This document shows positions 23,375-32,000 of a stretch of 32,000 nucleotides of DNA, in pieces (positions within the stretch are counted from its first letter, which is position 1; every line of letters begins with the position of its first letter). Origin of the DNA: Thermodesulfobacteriota bacterium (GTDB taxonomy: Bacteria > Desulfobacterota > WTBG01 > JAGOGO01). The translations under genes and the position numbers were made by a program. Below the pieces are notes generated by a model. The model made no database searches and was not told where the DNA came from. It saw only the letters and a list, made by a program, of their open reading frames with translations. Location: the NCBI GenBank assembly GCA_026625185.1, contig CP113000.1, positions 30,001 through 62,000 of the forward strand. The letters are read 5' to 3'.

Positions 23375-24734
23375 CTTTGAGAGCAAAATTCTTTTTTTTG
23401 TCGGAAACCACTCCGTAGATAGCTCCGCGGTTAGAATAATACCACCTTTGAATATCATCCGGGGTCCACATGTCTTCAACGATGATGTGCTTACGCAGGT
23501 CCTTGATTCCCATCCGTTCAATTTTATCCAAAACTTTTTCCCGGAGACGGAGGTAGTCTTCTTGGGTAAAAGGATTGTCCTGAATATACGGGATGTGGGG
23601 CAAAATTTTAATGTTCTCGCATCCGGGTGGTGCCTGGGATTTATCCGTCCGGCACGGAGCAACCACATAAAGCGTTGGATCATCAGGCAAAACTTTTTTA
23701 TGAAATACTGAATTAAAATGTTCTTTAGGATTGTTTGAGAAAAAGAAGCTGTGGTGCCCTAATTGGGGATATTCTTTATCGACCCCTAAGTGGAGAACGA
23801 GGCCTGAGCAGGCCGGCTCAAACTTCTCGTAGCCCCTGAGAAATTTTTTCTCTTCGTGCAGTAGTTTTTCATAGGCCGGGATAACTTCCATGTTGGAAAT
23901 AAATACATCTCCGGTTTTGACGTTTCCATCCTGGAGACGAACACCGGTTATTTTACCCTCGGCTTTTATCAGTTCTACGACCTCGGTATCTAAATAGAGT
24001 GTGACCCCTAATTCCTTAAGCAGGCGGGTAAGCCCCTCGGCAAGTTTAAACATGCCGCCCTTTACATACCAGAGACCATATTTGAGTTGAACATAGGGGA
24101 GAAGATTGAGGAGAGCCGGAGCGTCATACGCGGACGAGCCCACATACTTAACAAAAAAATTGAGAGTATCTTTCAAGTGGGGATTGCGGATAAACCGGGA
24201 AACACCTCCATCCATGGTGGAAAGCGCGTCAAAGGAACGGAGTAAAGAAAAAACTCCATAAAATTTTACCAGATCCCAAAAGGTGTCTAACCCTTTTTGA
24301 AAGTACCCTCGCTCGGTAAGGTCATACAATTTTTTCGAATACTCCATAAACCGGGAAAAATCTTCTATATCCTGAGGAGCAAGAAGAGCATTATGTTTTT
24401 TGAGGTCATCTTCCCTTGGATAGAGATCGATGATTTTTCCGTCTTCGAAAAAACAACGCCACTGCAGAGGGATCTCAACCAGTTCAACATAATCCTCCAT
24501 TTTTTTTCCCGCACGGGTAAAAAGCGCTGCAAATATGTGTGGCAGGGTCAGAATGGAGGGTCCCAAGTCAAAGGAAAAGCCTTCTTTTTTGAGACAATTT
24601 AGCTTTCCTCCGATATGACTGTTTTTCTCGTATACCTCCACCTTAAAACCTTCGCACGCTAATGAAAGAGCAGCTGATGCACCCCCCAAACCAGCTCCGA
24701 TCACAATTGCCGTGCGATTTTTTTCTCTGTTCAT
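23346..24734 (-). CDS. CrtN/CrtI-family FAD-dependent desaturase, 3'-truncated (lacks the C-terminal GG.THPG motif in frame)
   Basis: The ORF track has a GTG start at 24758. The ATG at 24734 ([23 protein letters not shown]) has AGGAGA 7 nt upstream and gives the Rossmann GxGxxG. The ORF ends ...[39 protein letters not shown], just before where homologs carry LY.VGG.THPG. Confidence 0.75.
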   Translation of the reverse strand: [462 protein letters not shown]

Positions 24735-24754
24735 AAGCATTCTCCTCGTTTTGA

Positions 24755-26215
24755 TCACTGAAGAGTTTTTATGAAACGACGCATCCTTAAAAGGATTTTT
24801 ATCTTCTCGCGCAGCGGTAAATCGGTGTAAAGAACGGTGATTAATCCTCGCACCGTTTTTGCTAATTCCTCAGTATAGGGGAACCAGTTTATCTCCCGCT
24901 TCGTCTTGTTTTTATTCACCATAACCGCGGTCTCAATTGAGAACGTGTGTAACCCTTCCGCGCCATGATATTTGCCGAAACCGCTCTGCTTCACTCCGCC
25001 AAAAGGAAGATCCGGGTTGCCGATATTTTTTATGACATCATTAATATACGCGTTACCCGTTTCTAACTGGCTGACCACTCGTTTTGCTTTTTTTGTATCC
25101 CGCGACCAAACACTGGCGTTGAGACCGTATGGAGAGTCATTGGCGAGGGCAACAGCTTCTTCTTCAGTTTTAAAGGACATGATCGGCAAGAGCGGGCCAA
25201 AGGTTTCTTCCTTCATGAGTTTCATGTCGTGGTTCACATTTTTGAGCGCTACCGGGTAAACCAACGATCCTTGTTTGATAATATCCGTGAGTAGGGTTGC
25301 GCCTTTCGCAAGGGCATCCTGCACTTGTTCTTCAATACGATCAATCTGGTCTTGCGTATTGATTGGTCCGAAATCACAGTCGTAGGCCGTCCCCACATTC
25401 AGGGTAATGATCCGTTTGATTATTTTTGAAACAAACTTTTCCAATACCGGTTCCTGCACGTACAATCTTTCGACGGCGACACAGAACTGTCCACCATGAG
25501 CGAAGGCGCCATAGACCGCGGCTTCCACTGCCCGGTCAATATCCGCATCTTCAAAAACGATCATCGGATCTTTGCCGCCAAGCTCCAAGACGACAGGAAT
25601 CAGATTCTTTGCGGCTGCGGCCATGATATTTTTTCCCGCCGCGCCGCTTCCGGTAAAAAAGATCTTATCAGGTCTGCCCTGAATAAGCGCTTCTCCCACA
25701 TCTTTCCCGCCCTGCACGACCTGAACAAGATCCTTTGGCAATCCCGCCTCTTGACAGAGAGCGCCGATTAAATCGCCTACCTTGGGGGTTATTTCTGAAG
25801 GTTTGAGAATAACAGCATTTCCCGCGAGCAACGCTGATACTAAAGGCACCAGGGCAAGTTGGAACGGACAATTCCAGGGAGCAATAATTAAAACCACTCC
25901 CATTGGTTTATATTCAACGTATGCATCATGATTGTAAAATAATAATGTTGTTTTTTTCTTTTTGGGGGCTAAAATTCGGGGCGCATATTTTTCGTAATAT
26001 TTCATCATCTCCAGGGTTGGGAGAATATCAGAATTAAGGGCTTCCATGTTAACTTTGCCGGTATCTTCACTAATGCAGTCAACAATACTGTCTAAATTTT
26101 TGACGATTACTTTCCTTAGTGCGGACACATACGCGACGCGCTCGGAGATGTTTTCCCCTCCCCACTGAATAAAAGCCGCTCGCGCGGCGTCAAAAATTGG
26201 TTTTATTTCAGGCAT
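24755..26215 (-). CDS. NAD(P)-dependent aldehyde dehydrogenase
   Basis: ALDH signatures [20 protein letters not shown], the catalytic Cys context [13 protein letters not shown] and [10 protein letters not shown]. The start may be 26224 or 26215; the latter has AAGGA 8 nt upstream. 4-nt overlap with the GTG start given by the ORF track for the desaturase gene. Confidence 0.85.
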   Translation of the reverse strand: MPEIKPIFDAARAAFIQWGGENISERVAYVSALRKVIVKNLDSIVDCISEDTGKVNMEALNSDILPTLEMMKYYEKYAPRILAPKKKKTTLLFYNHDAYVEYKPMGVVLIIAPWNCPFQLALVPLVSALLAGNAVILKPSEITPKVGDLIGALCQEAGLPKDLVQVVQGGKDVGEALIQGRPDKIFFTGSGAAGKNIMAAAAKNLIPVVLELGGKDPMIVFEDADIDRAVEAAVYGAFAHGGQFCVAVERLYVQEPVLEKFVSKIIKRIITLNVGTAYDCDFGPINTQDQIDRIEEQVQDALAKGATLLTDIIKQGSLVYPVALKNVNHDMKLMKEETFGPLLPIMSFKTEEEAVALANDSPYGLNASVWSRDTKKAKRVVSQLETGNAYINDVIKNIGNPDLPFGGVKQSGFGKYHGAEGLHTFSIETAVMVNKNKTKREINWFPYTEELAKTVRGLITVLYTDLPLREKIKILLRMRRFIKTLQ

Positions 26216-26410
26216 AAACGGCATCCTTTTATTTGATAGATAAGTGGTTTCACTTCTAAGAAATTTCTAAGTTTTATTAGAGCAAAATCTGACAACTACT
26301 GCTTATTATATATAAAAAAAGAGATAACGCAATCAGGGCATTAAATTTTTGACCATCCACAACACTATCAAGCACCGCAAACTCCAGCCGATTGTGCGAA
26401 TCCAGTTGGT

Positions 26411-26761
26411 TTAAACAAGAAAATTAATTCCTTTGAGATCAAATCCCCGGGTGAGCCGGTAGTGCCGGGGCACTTGCAGGAAAGCGGTAGAACACCAGAT
26501 AAGTATAATAAGAATAAAGTTTGACCATACCTGCAGGGGAAGCAGTCCGGCAAGGTTGATGATTGCGTCGTGATCGCCGGCTATTTTTTGCCACGCCCCG
26601 GTTTTGGTGGGGTCTGCTTCCAATATAAAAACGCGGGGAGAAAAAGGAAAGGGTTTTTTAAGGTTGCGTGAGAGGACGGTTATTTCATGACCTTGCTCAG
26701 CAAGCGCGAAGGTCAGGAAACGCCCAATAAATCCTGATCCCCCGGTTAAAAAAATTCTCAT
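26411..26761 (-). pseudogene. Remnant of an SDR-type NAD-dependent epimerase/dehydratase (YfcH/TIGR01777-like); only ~72 N-terminal residues recognisable
   Basis: MRIFLTGGSGFIGRFLTFALAEQGHEITVLSR...HDAIINLAG is the Rossmann N-terminus of ~300-aa proteins. After INLAG the frame turns into non-homologous hydrophobic sequence and stops at 116 aa. No other frame continues the homology convincingly. Confidence 0.6.
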
Positions 26762-26992
26762 TTTTGTTAAGGGGTAAAAGGTTATTGATTTCCCTAAAAG
26801 ACCGCTATGTTTAATATACTAAAATTAGATAAAAATTTCTAATAATTTAGAAAAAAAATGACCATGCAAAACCGCAAAATAAGCGCACCTGATTCTCATT
26901 TTTTAATTTATTGATAGAAAACAAAGTTTTTGGTATTTTAAGATTATTTTATGAAACCACCATTACGAAAAACAAGGGGTTGTGGTTGATTT

Positions 26993-28039
26993 ATGGGCTT
27001 AGGTTTCAAAGATAAAATTTCATGCTCAGAAGATTTTAGGTTTTGCGAAGAGTCCTTGCCCAAGGTTTCGAGAACTTTTGCCATTAATATAAGGATTCTC
27101 AAAGGAGATGTGTACCGTGGTGTTCTTTTAGCATACCTCCTTTGCCGGATAGCTGATTCCATCGAAGATGATCATTATTTTCCCGTTGATTTTAAAATTC
27201 AGAAGCTCCATGACTATGCCTCTCTTTTCCCTCCTGCTCTCCACTACCAGGAACAAATTAGCGAGTTTTTACAGCCGCTGCGCTTTGCTCAGGAGACAAA
27301 CGCTTCGGTTCTGGTAAACAATACCGAGCGGGTATTCAATGAGCTGGTGAAGCTGCCGGAGCCTTTGGTCGCAATAATCTCACGGCATGTTAAGGAAATG
27401 GCAATTGGTATGGCTGAGTTTCAGGAGAAGGGGTTGAACACGAGAAAGGTGTTTTTCGAAAATCAAAACGAATTAGATCAGTACTGTTACTATGTGGCTG
27501 GTACTGTCGGTCTTATGCTTACCTCTGTTTTTACTTTAGGCTCAAAAAAGATTTCTCCTGAGGTCAAAAAAAAACTTGAAGAAAGAAGTGTGCGGTTTGG
27601 TCTCGGATTACAGGTCACCAATATTGTCAAAGATTTTGTTGAAGATCAAAAACGGGGGTGGTGCTATGTGCCGCGCTCATTTTTCACGGAAGCGAGCATT
27701 GATCCTTCGCATGATCTCTTAACGGAGAAACCAGACCGCCTTCTCAAAGTGGAAAAGCGGATTATTGAGCACGCTTTGGGCTATCTTGATGAAGCATTCA
27801 GGTATGTTACGGATATTCCCCGGACCCTTATCAGCTATCGTCTCTTTTGTGTGTGGCCGCTCTTTATGGCAATAAAGACTTTGGCGAAGCTTTATCACGA
27901 GCATAGTTTTTTAAATGATCAGGCGGTGAAGATAAGCCGGAAAGATGTGCGGAAAATCATACGGAATACCTCGCTGTGCGCAATTTCAAATAGCGCGCTC
28001 CGGTTTTTGTACAACAAACTGAGACCCGAAATCAGGTAA
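26993..28039 (+). CDS. Squalene/phytoene synthase family enzyme (SQS/CrtM-like farnesyl-diphosphate farnesyltransferase)
   Basis: 348-aa ORF: SRTFAINIRIL...LLCRIADSIEDD (first Asp-rich motif), YCYYVAGTVGLML, GLGLQVTNIVKDFVEDQKRGWCYVP (second Asp-rich motif, eukaryote-SQS-like context). Confidence 0.8.
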   Translation: MGLGFKDKISCSEDFRFCEESLPKVSRTFAINIRILKGDVYRGVLLAYLLCRIADSIEDDHYFPVDFKIQKLHDYASLFPPALHYQEQISEFLQPLRFAQETNASVLVNNTERVFNELVKLPEPLVAIISRHVKEMAIGMAEFQEKGLNTRKVFFENQNELDQYCYYVAGTVGLMLTSVFTLGSKKISPEVKKKLEERSVRFGLGLQVTNIVKDFVEDQKRGWCYVPRSFFTEASIDPSHDLLTEKPDRLLKVEKRIIEHALGYLDEAFRYVTDIPRTLISYRLFCVWPLFMAIKTLAKLYHEHSFLNDQAVKISRKDVRKIIRNTSLCAISNSALRFLYNKLRPEIR

Positions 28040-28045
28040 GGGCGA

Positions 28046-28069
28046 GCGAGACACTCTTTCGCAATTTTT
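28046..28069 (+). terminator. Weak candidate terminator after the synthase gene
   Basis: GCGAG-N7-TTCGC (5 bp including one G-U pair) followed by AATTTTTA. Poor stem. Confidence 0.25.
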
Positions 28070-28280
28070 AAGTAATTACCAGGATCCCCGTTAAAAAAGT
28101 CCCGCTTGGCCTGCTGGATATCAATATCTATCAGGGTGAAGAGTCACGGTGTAAAGATTCTTGCACCATGTACAACAAAACTCTTGCTACTGATGTCCAT
28201 TCCAATGGTATATCATAGTTGTCCCCTTTGGTTGGAAGGTTCTTTTTCCCCCTACCTAACCAACTCTTACGCCTTCGGCC

Positions 28281-29015
28281 TTAATTGTCAACTGACGTTT
28301 GGGGGTTTTTACATAAACCCTTCAAATAATCGCTTTCACCAAGAAATTGCATCTGCCTTAATACCCAGTACTTTCGACTCATAATATAACGAGAGGGATT
28401 GCGAGCAGAAAAGCGATGGGGGTTAGGCAAAATCGCCGCTAAAAGAGCAGCTTGTTCCGGAGTCAATCGTTTTGCCGAGGTATTGAAATAAAGCTTGGAG
28501 GCCGCCTCAACCCCAAAGGTATGCTTTCCCAATTCCACGGTATTTAAATACACCTCAAGAATCCGCTTTTTACTCCATAGTAACTCGATCACCGTCGTAA
28601 AATAAGCTTCAAGGCCTTTTCTCATAAAACTTCGGCCCGGCCAGAGAAACAAATTTTTCGCAACTTGCTGGCTTATGGTGCTGGCGCCTCGAAGACGCCG
28701 GCTTCTTTGGTTGTGTTTTATCGCTTTTTCAATGGCTTCAAAGTCAAATCCATGGTGGTCAGAAAAATTCTGATCTTCCGCCGCGATCACCGCAATTTGC
28801 ATGAATGGAGATATGTTTTTTAGACCTGCCCACTCGCGTCGAAGCGTTGTTTTTTCTTTGTTCCTGATAGCCTCAAGTTTGTCTTGGATCATAAATGCGG
28901 TAATCTTAGGGTCAACCCATTTAAAAAGAAAAACCACCAGGAGCGAAAAAAGAAAAAAGCCCATGATGATTTTTAGAAATAATTTTCCGATGGTTTTAAG
29001 TTTAGAAAATTTCAT
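28281..29015 (-). CDS. mtgA: Monofunctional biosynthetic peptidoglycan transglycosylase
   Basis: 244-aa ORF with an N-terminal TM anchor and GT51 motifs [30 protein letters not shown] and [10 protein letters not shown]. Confidence 0.85.
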   Translation of the reverse strand: MKFSKLKTIGKLFLKIIMGFFLFSLLVVFLFKWVDPKITAFMIQDKLEAIRNKEKTTLRREWAGLKNISPFMQIAVIAAEDQNFSDHHGFDFEAIEKAIKHNQRSRRLRGASTISQQVAKNLFLWPGRSFMRKGLEAYFTTVIELLWSKKRILEVYLNTVELGKHTFGVEAASKLYFNTSAKRLTPEQAALLAAILPNPHRFSARNPSRYIMSRKYWVLRQMQFLGESDYLKGLCKNPQTSVDN

Positions 29016-29153
29016 TCTCTTTTTTGGAACTAAATTTTCTTGAGACTATACCATTTCCGCGGCATTTCCTGTTCGCTCAAAAAAAACATTTTACTTGTTC
29101 CCTAAAAAACCTCCTTTGTTTCCAAATAACTTCCTTTTTAGTCTTTTGTACTT

Positions 29154-29196
29154 ATAAAAAAACCGTGGGATCTTTTGTAACCACGGTTTTTTTTAT
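29154..29196 (-). terminator. Rho-independent terminator of the alpha (rpsM-rplQ) operon; symmetric, potentially bidirectional
   Basis: AACCGTGG-N12-CCACGGTT (8-bp stem, 29161-29188), flanked by an A-run upstream and a T-run downstream. It therefore reads as stem plus U-tract on both strands. Located 150 nt downstream of the rplQ stop. Confidence 0.7.
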
Positions 29197-29338
29197 AATA
29201 AAGACAAAACATTTTTTCTCAGGTGGGGATAGAGTTCCCGATCATTATTATGTAAGCTGCCACCACCAGCACCAAGTAGAGTGATTTTTATCAAGCATCA
29301 ACACTTTTTTCATCATCTTAGTGCTCTCTTAAACGAGC

Positions 29339-29854
29339 TTAAAAAGCTTTTCCTTCCTCTTTCTTTTCTTCCGAAGCTTCTTTAGCTTTAGGCGCTCCTT
29401 CAGATGGTCTATCCTTTTTTACCGATTTTGCAGCTTTCGTTTTGGGCTTACCTGCTGCTTGTTTCTTCTTTGCCCCTTTTTTCTTTTCAGCGCCCTTTTC
29501 TTCGGAAATTATCTCAATGATTGACATGGGTGCGCAGTCACCCGGCCGAAACCCCGCCCGAACAATTCTGGTATACCCACCCAATCTGCTTTTCACTTTA
29601 GGCGCGATCTCATTGAACAATTTCTGGACAATCTTTTTATTGGCAATGAGCTTAAGCACTTCTCTCCGTGCCGCCAGATCACCCCTTTTCCCGAGAGTAA
29701 TAATCTTTTCCGCTAAGGGACGAAGTTCCTTTGCTTTTGCAGATGTGGTCTCAATCTTTTCCCATTCGAAAAAGGAGGTAAGCATATTTTTAAACATTGC
29801 CCAGCGATGGCTCGTTGTTCTCCCGAGTTTTCTGCCTGCTCTCTGATGTCTCAT
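29339..29854 (-). CDS. rplQ: 50S ribosomal protein L17 with a ~55-aa Lys/Ala/Glu-rich C-terminal extension
   Basis: [17 protein letters not shown]...GGYTRI is canonical L17. It is the last gene of the alpha operon, after rpoA. Confidence 0.95.
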   Translation of the reverse strand: MRHQRAGRKLGRTTSHRWAMFKNMLTSFFEWEKIETTSAKAKELRPLAEKIITLGKRGDLAARREVLKLIANKKIVQKLFNEIAPKVKSRLGGYTRIVRAGFRPGDCAPMSIIEIISEEKGAEKKKGAKKKQAAGKPKTKAAKSVKKDRPSEGAPKAKEASEEKKEEGKAF

Positions 29855-29878
29855 CCTTTTTTCACCTAATTAAATCCA

Positions 29879-30889
29879 TTACTCTTCTTCAGAATGTTGT
29901 TCCTTATGCGAAGGAAGTACCCAGTTGTCAATTTTTATCCCCAGAGAAAGCCCCATTTCATTTAAAATCTGCTTTATCTCGTTTAAGGATTTGCGACCAA
30001 AGTTTTTCGTCTTAAGCATGTCCGCTTCAGTCTTTTGTACCAGTTCGCCGATATAGCGAATATTAGCATTTCTTAAACAATTAACAGCACGCACCGAAAG
30101 TTCCAGTTCGTTAATGGTTTTATAAAGATTTTCGTTAACCTTTGGTCTTTCTTCCCTTAACTCAACCTCATGAACTTCTTCTTCCTCTTCTTCAAAATTT
30201 ATAAAGACACTTAATTGGTCCTGTAAAATTCGAGCAGCAATGGCCACCGCATCTTCTGGACACACACTCCCATCGGTCCAAACCTCTAAAATCAACTTTT
30301 CGTAATCAGTCCGCTGCCCAACGCGAGCATTTAGGACTGTATAATTTACTTTCTTAATCGGAGTATAAATAGCGTCAATCGGAATCGTACCAATCGGCTG
30401 GCCATCGGTCTGAGCTTTTTCAGCCGGAACATAGCCCCGCCCCATTTTAACGATCATTTCCATATTGAGTTCGGCATCCTTGGACAGGCTCGCAATATGG
30501 AGGTCGGGGTTTAAAACTTCAACATTAGCGTTGGGAACTATATCACTTGCCTTTACTTCTGTTTCACCTTTGACATGAATCCTAATGCTTTCAGGCTTTT
30601 GGGTGTTAAGTTTTACCCTAATTTTTTTCAAGTTTAAAATGATGTCCGCCACATCTTCTTTAACCCCCGGTATAGTGGAGAATTCATGGAGAACTTTGTC
30701 AATCCGAACAGAAGAAATCGCTGCTCCTTGAAGGGATGAAAGCAAAATTCGTCGCAGAGAATTCCCAATGGTGATCCCAAATCCACGTTCCAAAGGTTCA
30801 GCCGTAAATTTCCCGTAAGAAGAAGTGAGGGTTTCTATCTCGGTTTCAATTTTTTTTGGCTTTAATAAATCACGCCAGTTTTTATACAT
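29879..30889 (-). CDS. rpoA: DNA-directed RNA polymerase subunit alpha
   Basis: [21 protein letters not shown] and the C-terminal domain [24 protein letters not shown]. The ORF track has a TTG start at 30895; the ATG at 30889 has GGGGG 6 nt upstream. Confidence 0.95.
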   Translation of the reverse strand: MYKNWRDLLKPKKIETEIETLTSSYGKFTAEPLERGFGITIGNSLRRILLSSLQGAAISSVRIDKVLHEFSTIPGVKEDVADIILNLKKIRVKLNTQKPESIRIHVKGETEVKASDIVPNANVEVLNPDLHIASLSKDAELNMEMIVKMGRGYVPAEKAQTDGQPIGTIPIDAIYTPIKKVNYTVLNARVGQRTDYEKLILEVWTDGSVCPEDAVAIAARILQDQLSVFINFEEEEEEVHEVELREERPKVNENLYKTINELELSVRAVNCLRNANIRYIGELVQKTEADMLKTKNFGRKSLNEIKQILNEMGLSLGIKIDNWVLPSHKEQHSEEE

Positions 30890-30923
30890 TGACAACCCCC
30901 ATTAAAAAATCTTTTGCCGTTCA

Positions 30924-31550
30924 TTAACGGGAATAGAGCTCAACAATAAGTTGCTCTTGGACAGGCATGGTTAAATCTTTCCGTTCTGGAAAAGCAATTA
31001 CCTTCCCCCGATAGTTTTCTTTATCCAACTCAAGCCAGGACGGAACACCTAAACGTTCAACCGCCTCAACGGCTTCTTTTATAAGTGGCATCTTTTGGCT
31101 TTTCTCACTGATCTCAACCACATCTCCCGCTTTAACTATATAGGAAGGGATATTAACACGCTTTCCATTCACTAAGACATGGTTGTGACTTACGAGTTGT
31201 CGGCCTTGGTTTCTTGAATATGCAAAGCCCAAGCGAAAAACGATATTATCCAGTCTCCGTTCCAAAAGAATTAAAAAATTTTCTCCGGTGATCCCCGATT
31301 TTCGCTCTGCCGTCCGAAAACATTTTCGAAACTGTCTTTCCAGTAACCCATACATGCGTTTAACTTTTTGTTTCTCACGAAGCTGATTGCCGTAATCAGA
31401 AAATTTTCCTCTCCGCTGACCGTGTTGTCCAGGAGGATAGTTTCTTCGTTCAAAACCACATTTGTCTGAAAAACAACGATCACCCTTTAGAAAAAGTTTT
31501 TGATCCTCTCGACGGCAAAGTTTGCACACTGCACCACGATATCGTGCCAA
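30924..31550 (-). CDS. rpsD: 30S ribosomal protein S4
   Basis: The ORF track starts at 31598, inside rpsK. The canonical N-terminus (M)[14 protein letters not shown] begins at TTG 31550, preceded by GGAAGGAGGG. The S4 domain follows. Confidence 0.9.
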   Translation of the reverse strand: MARYRGAVCKLCRREDQKLFLKGDRCFSDKCGFERRNYPPGQHGQRRGKFSDYGNQLREKQKVKRMYGLLERQFRKCFRTAERKSGITGENFLILLERRLDNIVFRLGFAYSRNQGRQLVSHNHVLVNGKRVNIPSYIVKAGDVVEISEKSQKMPLIKEAVEAVERLGVPSWLELDKENYRGKVIAFPERKDLTMPVQEQLIVELYSR

Positions 31551-31567
31551 AAAATAAACCCTCCTTC

Positions 31568-31960
31568 CTAAACCCTTCTTCGCTTCGGGGGACGACACCC
31601 ATTATGGGGAATCGGTGTCACATCCCGAATCAGTTTGATGTTAAAACCAATCACCTGCAAAGACCGCAAAGCTGCCTCCCTTCCAGAGCCGGGACCTTTT
31701 ACATAAACCTCAAGATTTTTAACGCCATATTCCTGAACTTTGCGCGCAACCGCTTCAGCTGCCAGCTGTGCCGCAAAAGGAGTGCTTTTTCGCGAACCTT
31801 TAAACCCTTGGCATCCTGAACTCGACCAGGCTAAGGTATTGCCACTCACATCGGTAATAGTGATAATGGTATTATTAAACGTGGATTGGATATGAGCAAT
31901 CGCATCCTGAATGTTTTTTCGTTCTTTTTTCTTTCGCCCTACCCGTTTTGTCGTTGCCAT
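31568..31960 (-). CDS. rpsK: 30S ribosomal protein S11
   Basis: [38 protein letters not shown] and the C-terminal [13 protein letters not shown] are canonical S11. Confidence 0.95.
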   Translation of the reverse strand: MATTKRVGRKKKERKNIQDAIAHIQSTFNNTIITITDVSGNTLAWSSSGCQGFKGSRKSTPFAAQLAAEAVARKVQEYGVKNLEVYVKGPGSGREAALRSLQVIGFNIKLIRDVTPIPHNGCRPPKRRRV

Positions 31961-31969
31961 ATAATCTTC

Positions 31970-32000
31970 CTATTTTTTCTTTTTAATAATTGCTCGCCGG
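31970..32000 (-). CDS. rpsM: 30S ribosomal protein S13, 3' end only (runs off the window)
   Basis: The reverse-complement frame reads ..RRAIIKKKK* with its stop at 31970-31972, 9 nt upstream of the rpsK ATG. The Lys-rich tail and conserved rpsM-rpsK order support the call. The fragment is very short. Confidence 0.5.
   Translation of the reverse strand, partial: RRAIIKKKK

Noticed and set aside
26951-26989. 12-codon upstream ORF (MKPPLRKTRGCG*) ending 3 nt before the synthase ATG, as a possible leader peptide
   Set aside because: No RBS and no alternative-structure evidence visible. It could arise by chance in an AT-rich spacer.
28106-28384. 92-aa plus-strand ORF between the synthase and mtgA
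   Set aside because: No motifs and a non-ATG start. It partly overlaps the mtgA 3' end and is probably non-coding convergent intergenic DNA.
29024-29284. 86-aa plus-strand ORF in the rplQ-mtgA spacer
   Set aside because: It runs straight through the strong terminator hairpin at 29161-29188, has a Phe/Leu-rich low-complexity translation, and has no RBS.

Overview
About 30 genes, nearly all on the minus strand, from a moderately AT-rich bacterial chromosome; I cannot place the taxon from sequence alone. All family calls come from motifs read in the ORF translations, with no database search. Left part (1-11.2 kb) is housekeeping: a stand-alone response regulator, a GalT-family HIT enzyme, larB, thiL, acpS, a small CooT-like Ni-binding ORF, a secreted transglutaminase-like protein, smc, DUF2062, YaiI and a flavin-reductase-like protein. 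11.2-12.4 kb is a decay scar: the C-terminal remnant of an IS630-type transposase, a 5'-truncated gene fragment and an 18-bp-arm inverted repeat. 12.4-20.8 kb is the most interesting part. It is a tightly coupled 7-gene minus-strand operon: GT2 'transferase 2', DUF3047, a second GalT-like HIT enzyme, a 1033-aa radical-SAM + ArsM-type methyltransferase + Cys-rich domain fusion, DUF2064 'transferase 1', DedA/TVP38 and a fatty-acid hydroxylase. A CxxC thioredoxin-fold gene is transcribed divergently. I read this as a non-canonical organoarsenical (arsenosugar/arsenolipid-like) biosynthesis system without a canonical ArsS. 20.9-28.0 kb is a squalene/C30-carotenoid-like locus: an SQS/CrtM-family synthase, an aldehyde dehydrogenase, a CrtN/CrtI-type desaturase, a large lipoprotein and a LolA-like protein. 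It shows gene decay, with a chimeric frame-broken desaturase 3' end and an internally deleted SDR epimerase. Right end: mtgA, a strong terminator, and the conserved alpha operon (rpsM partial, rpsK, rpsD, rpoA, rplQ). I found no rRNA, tRNA or CRISPR.
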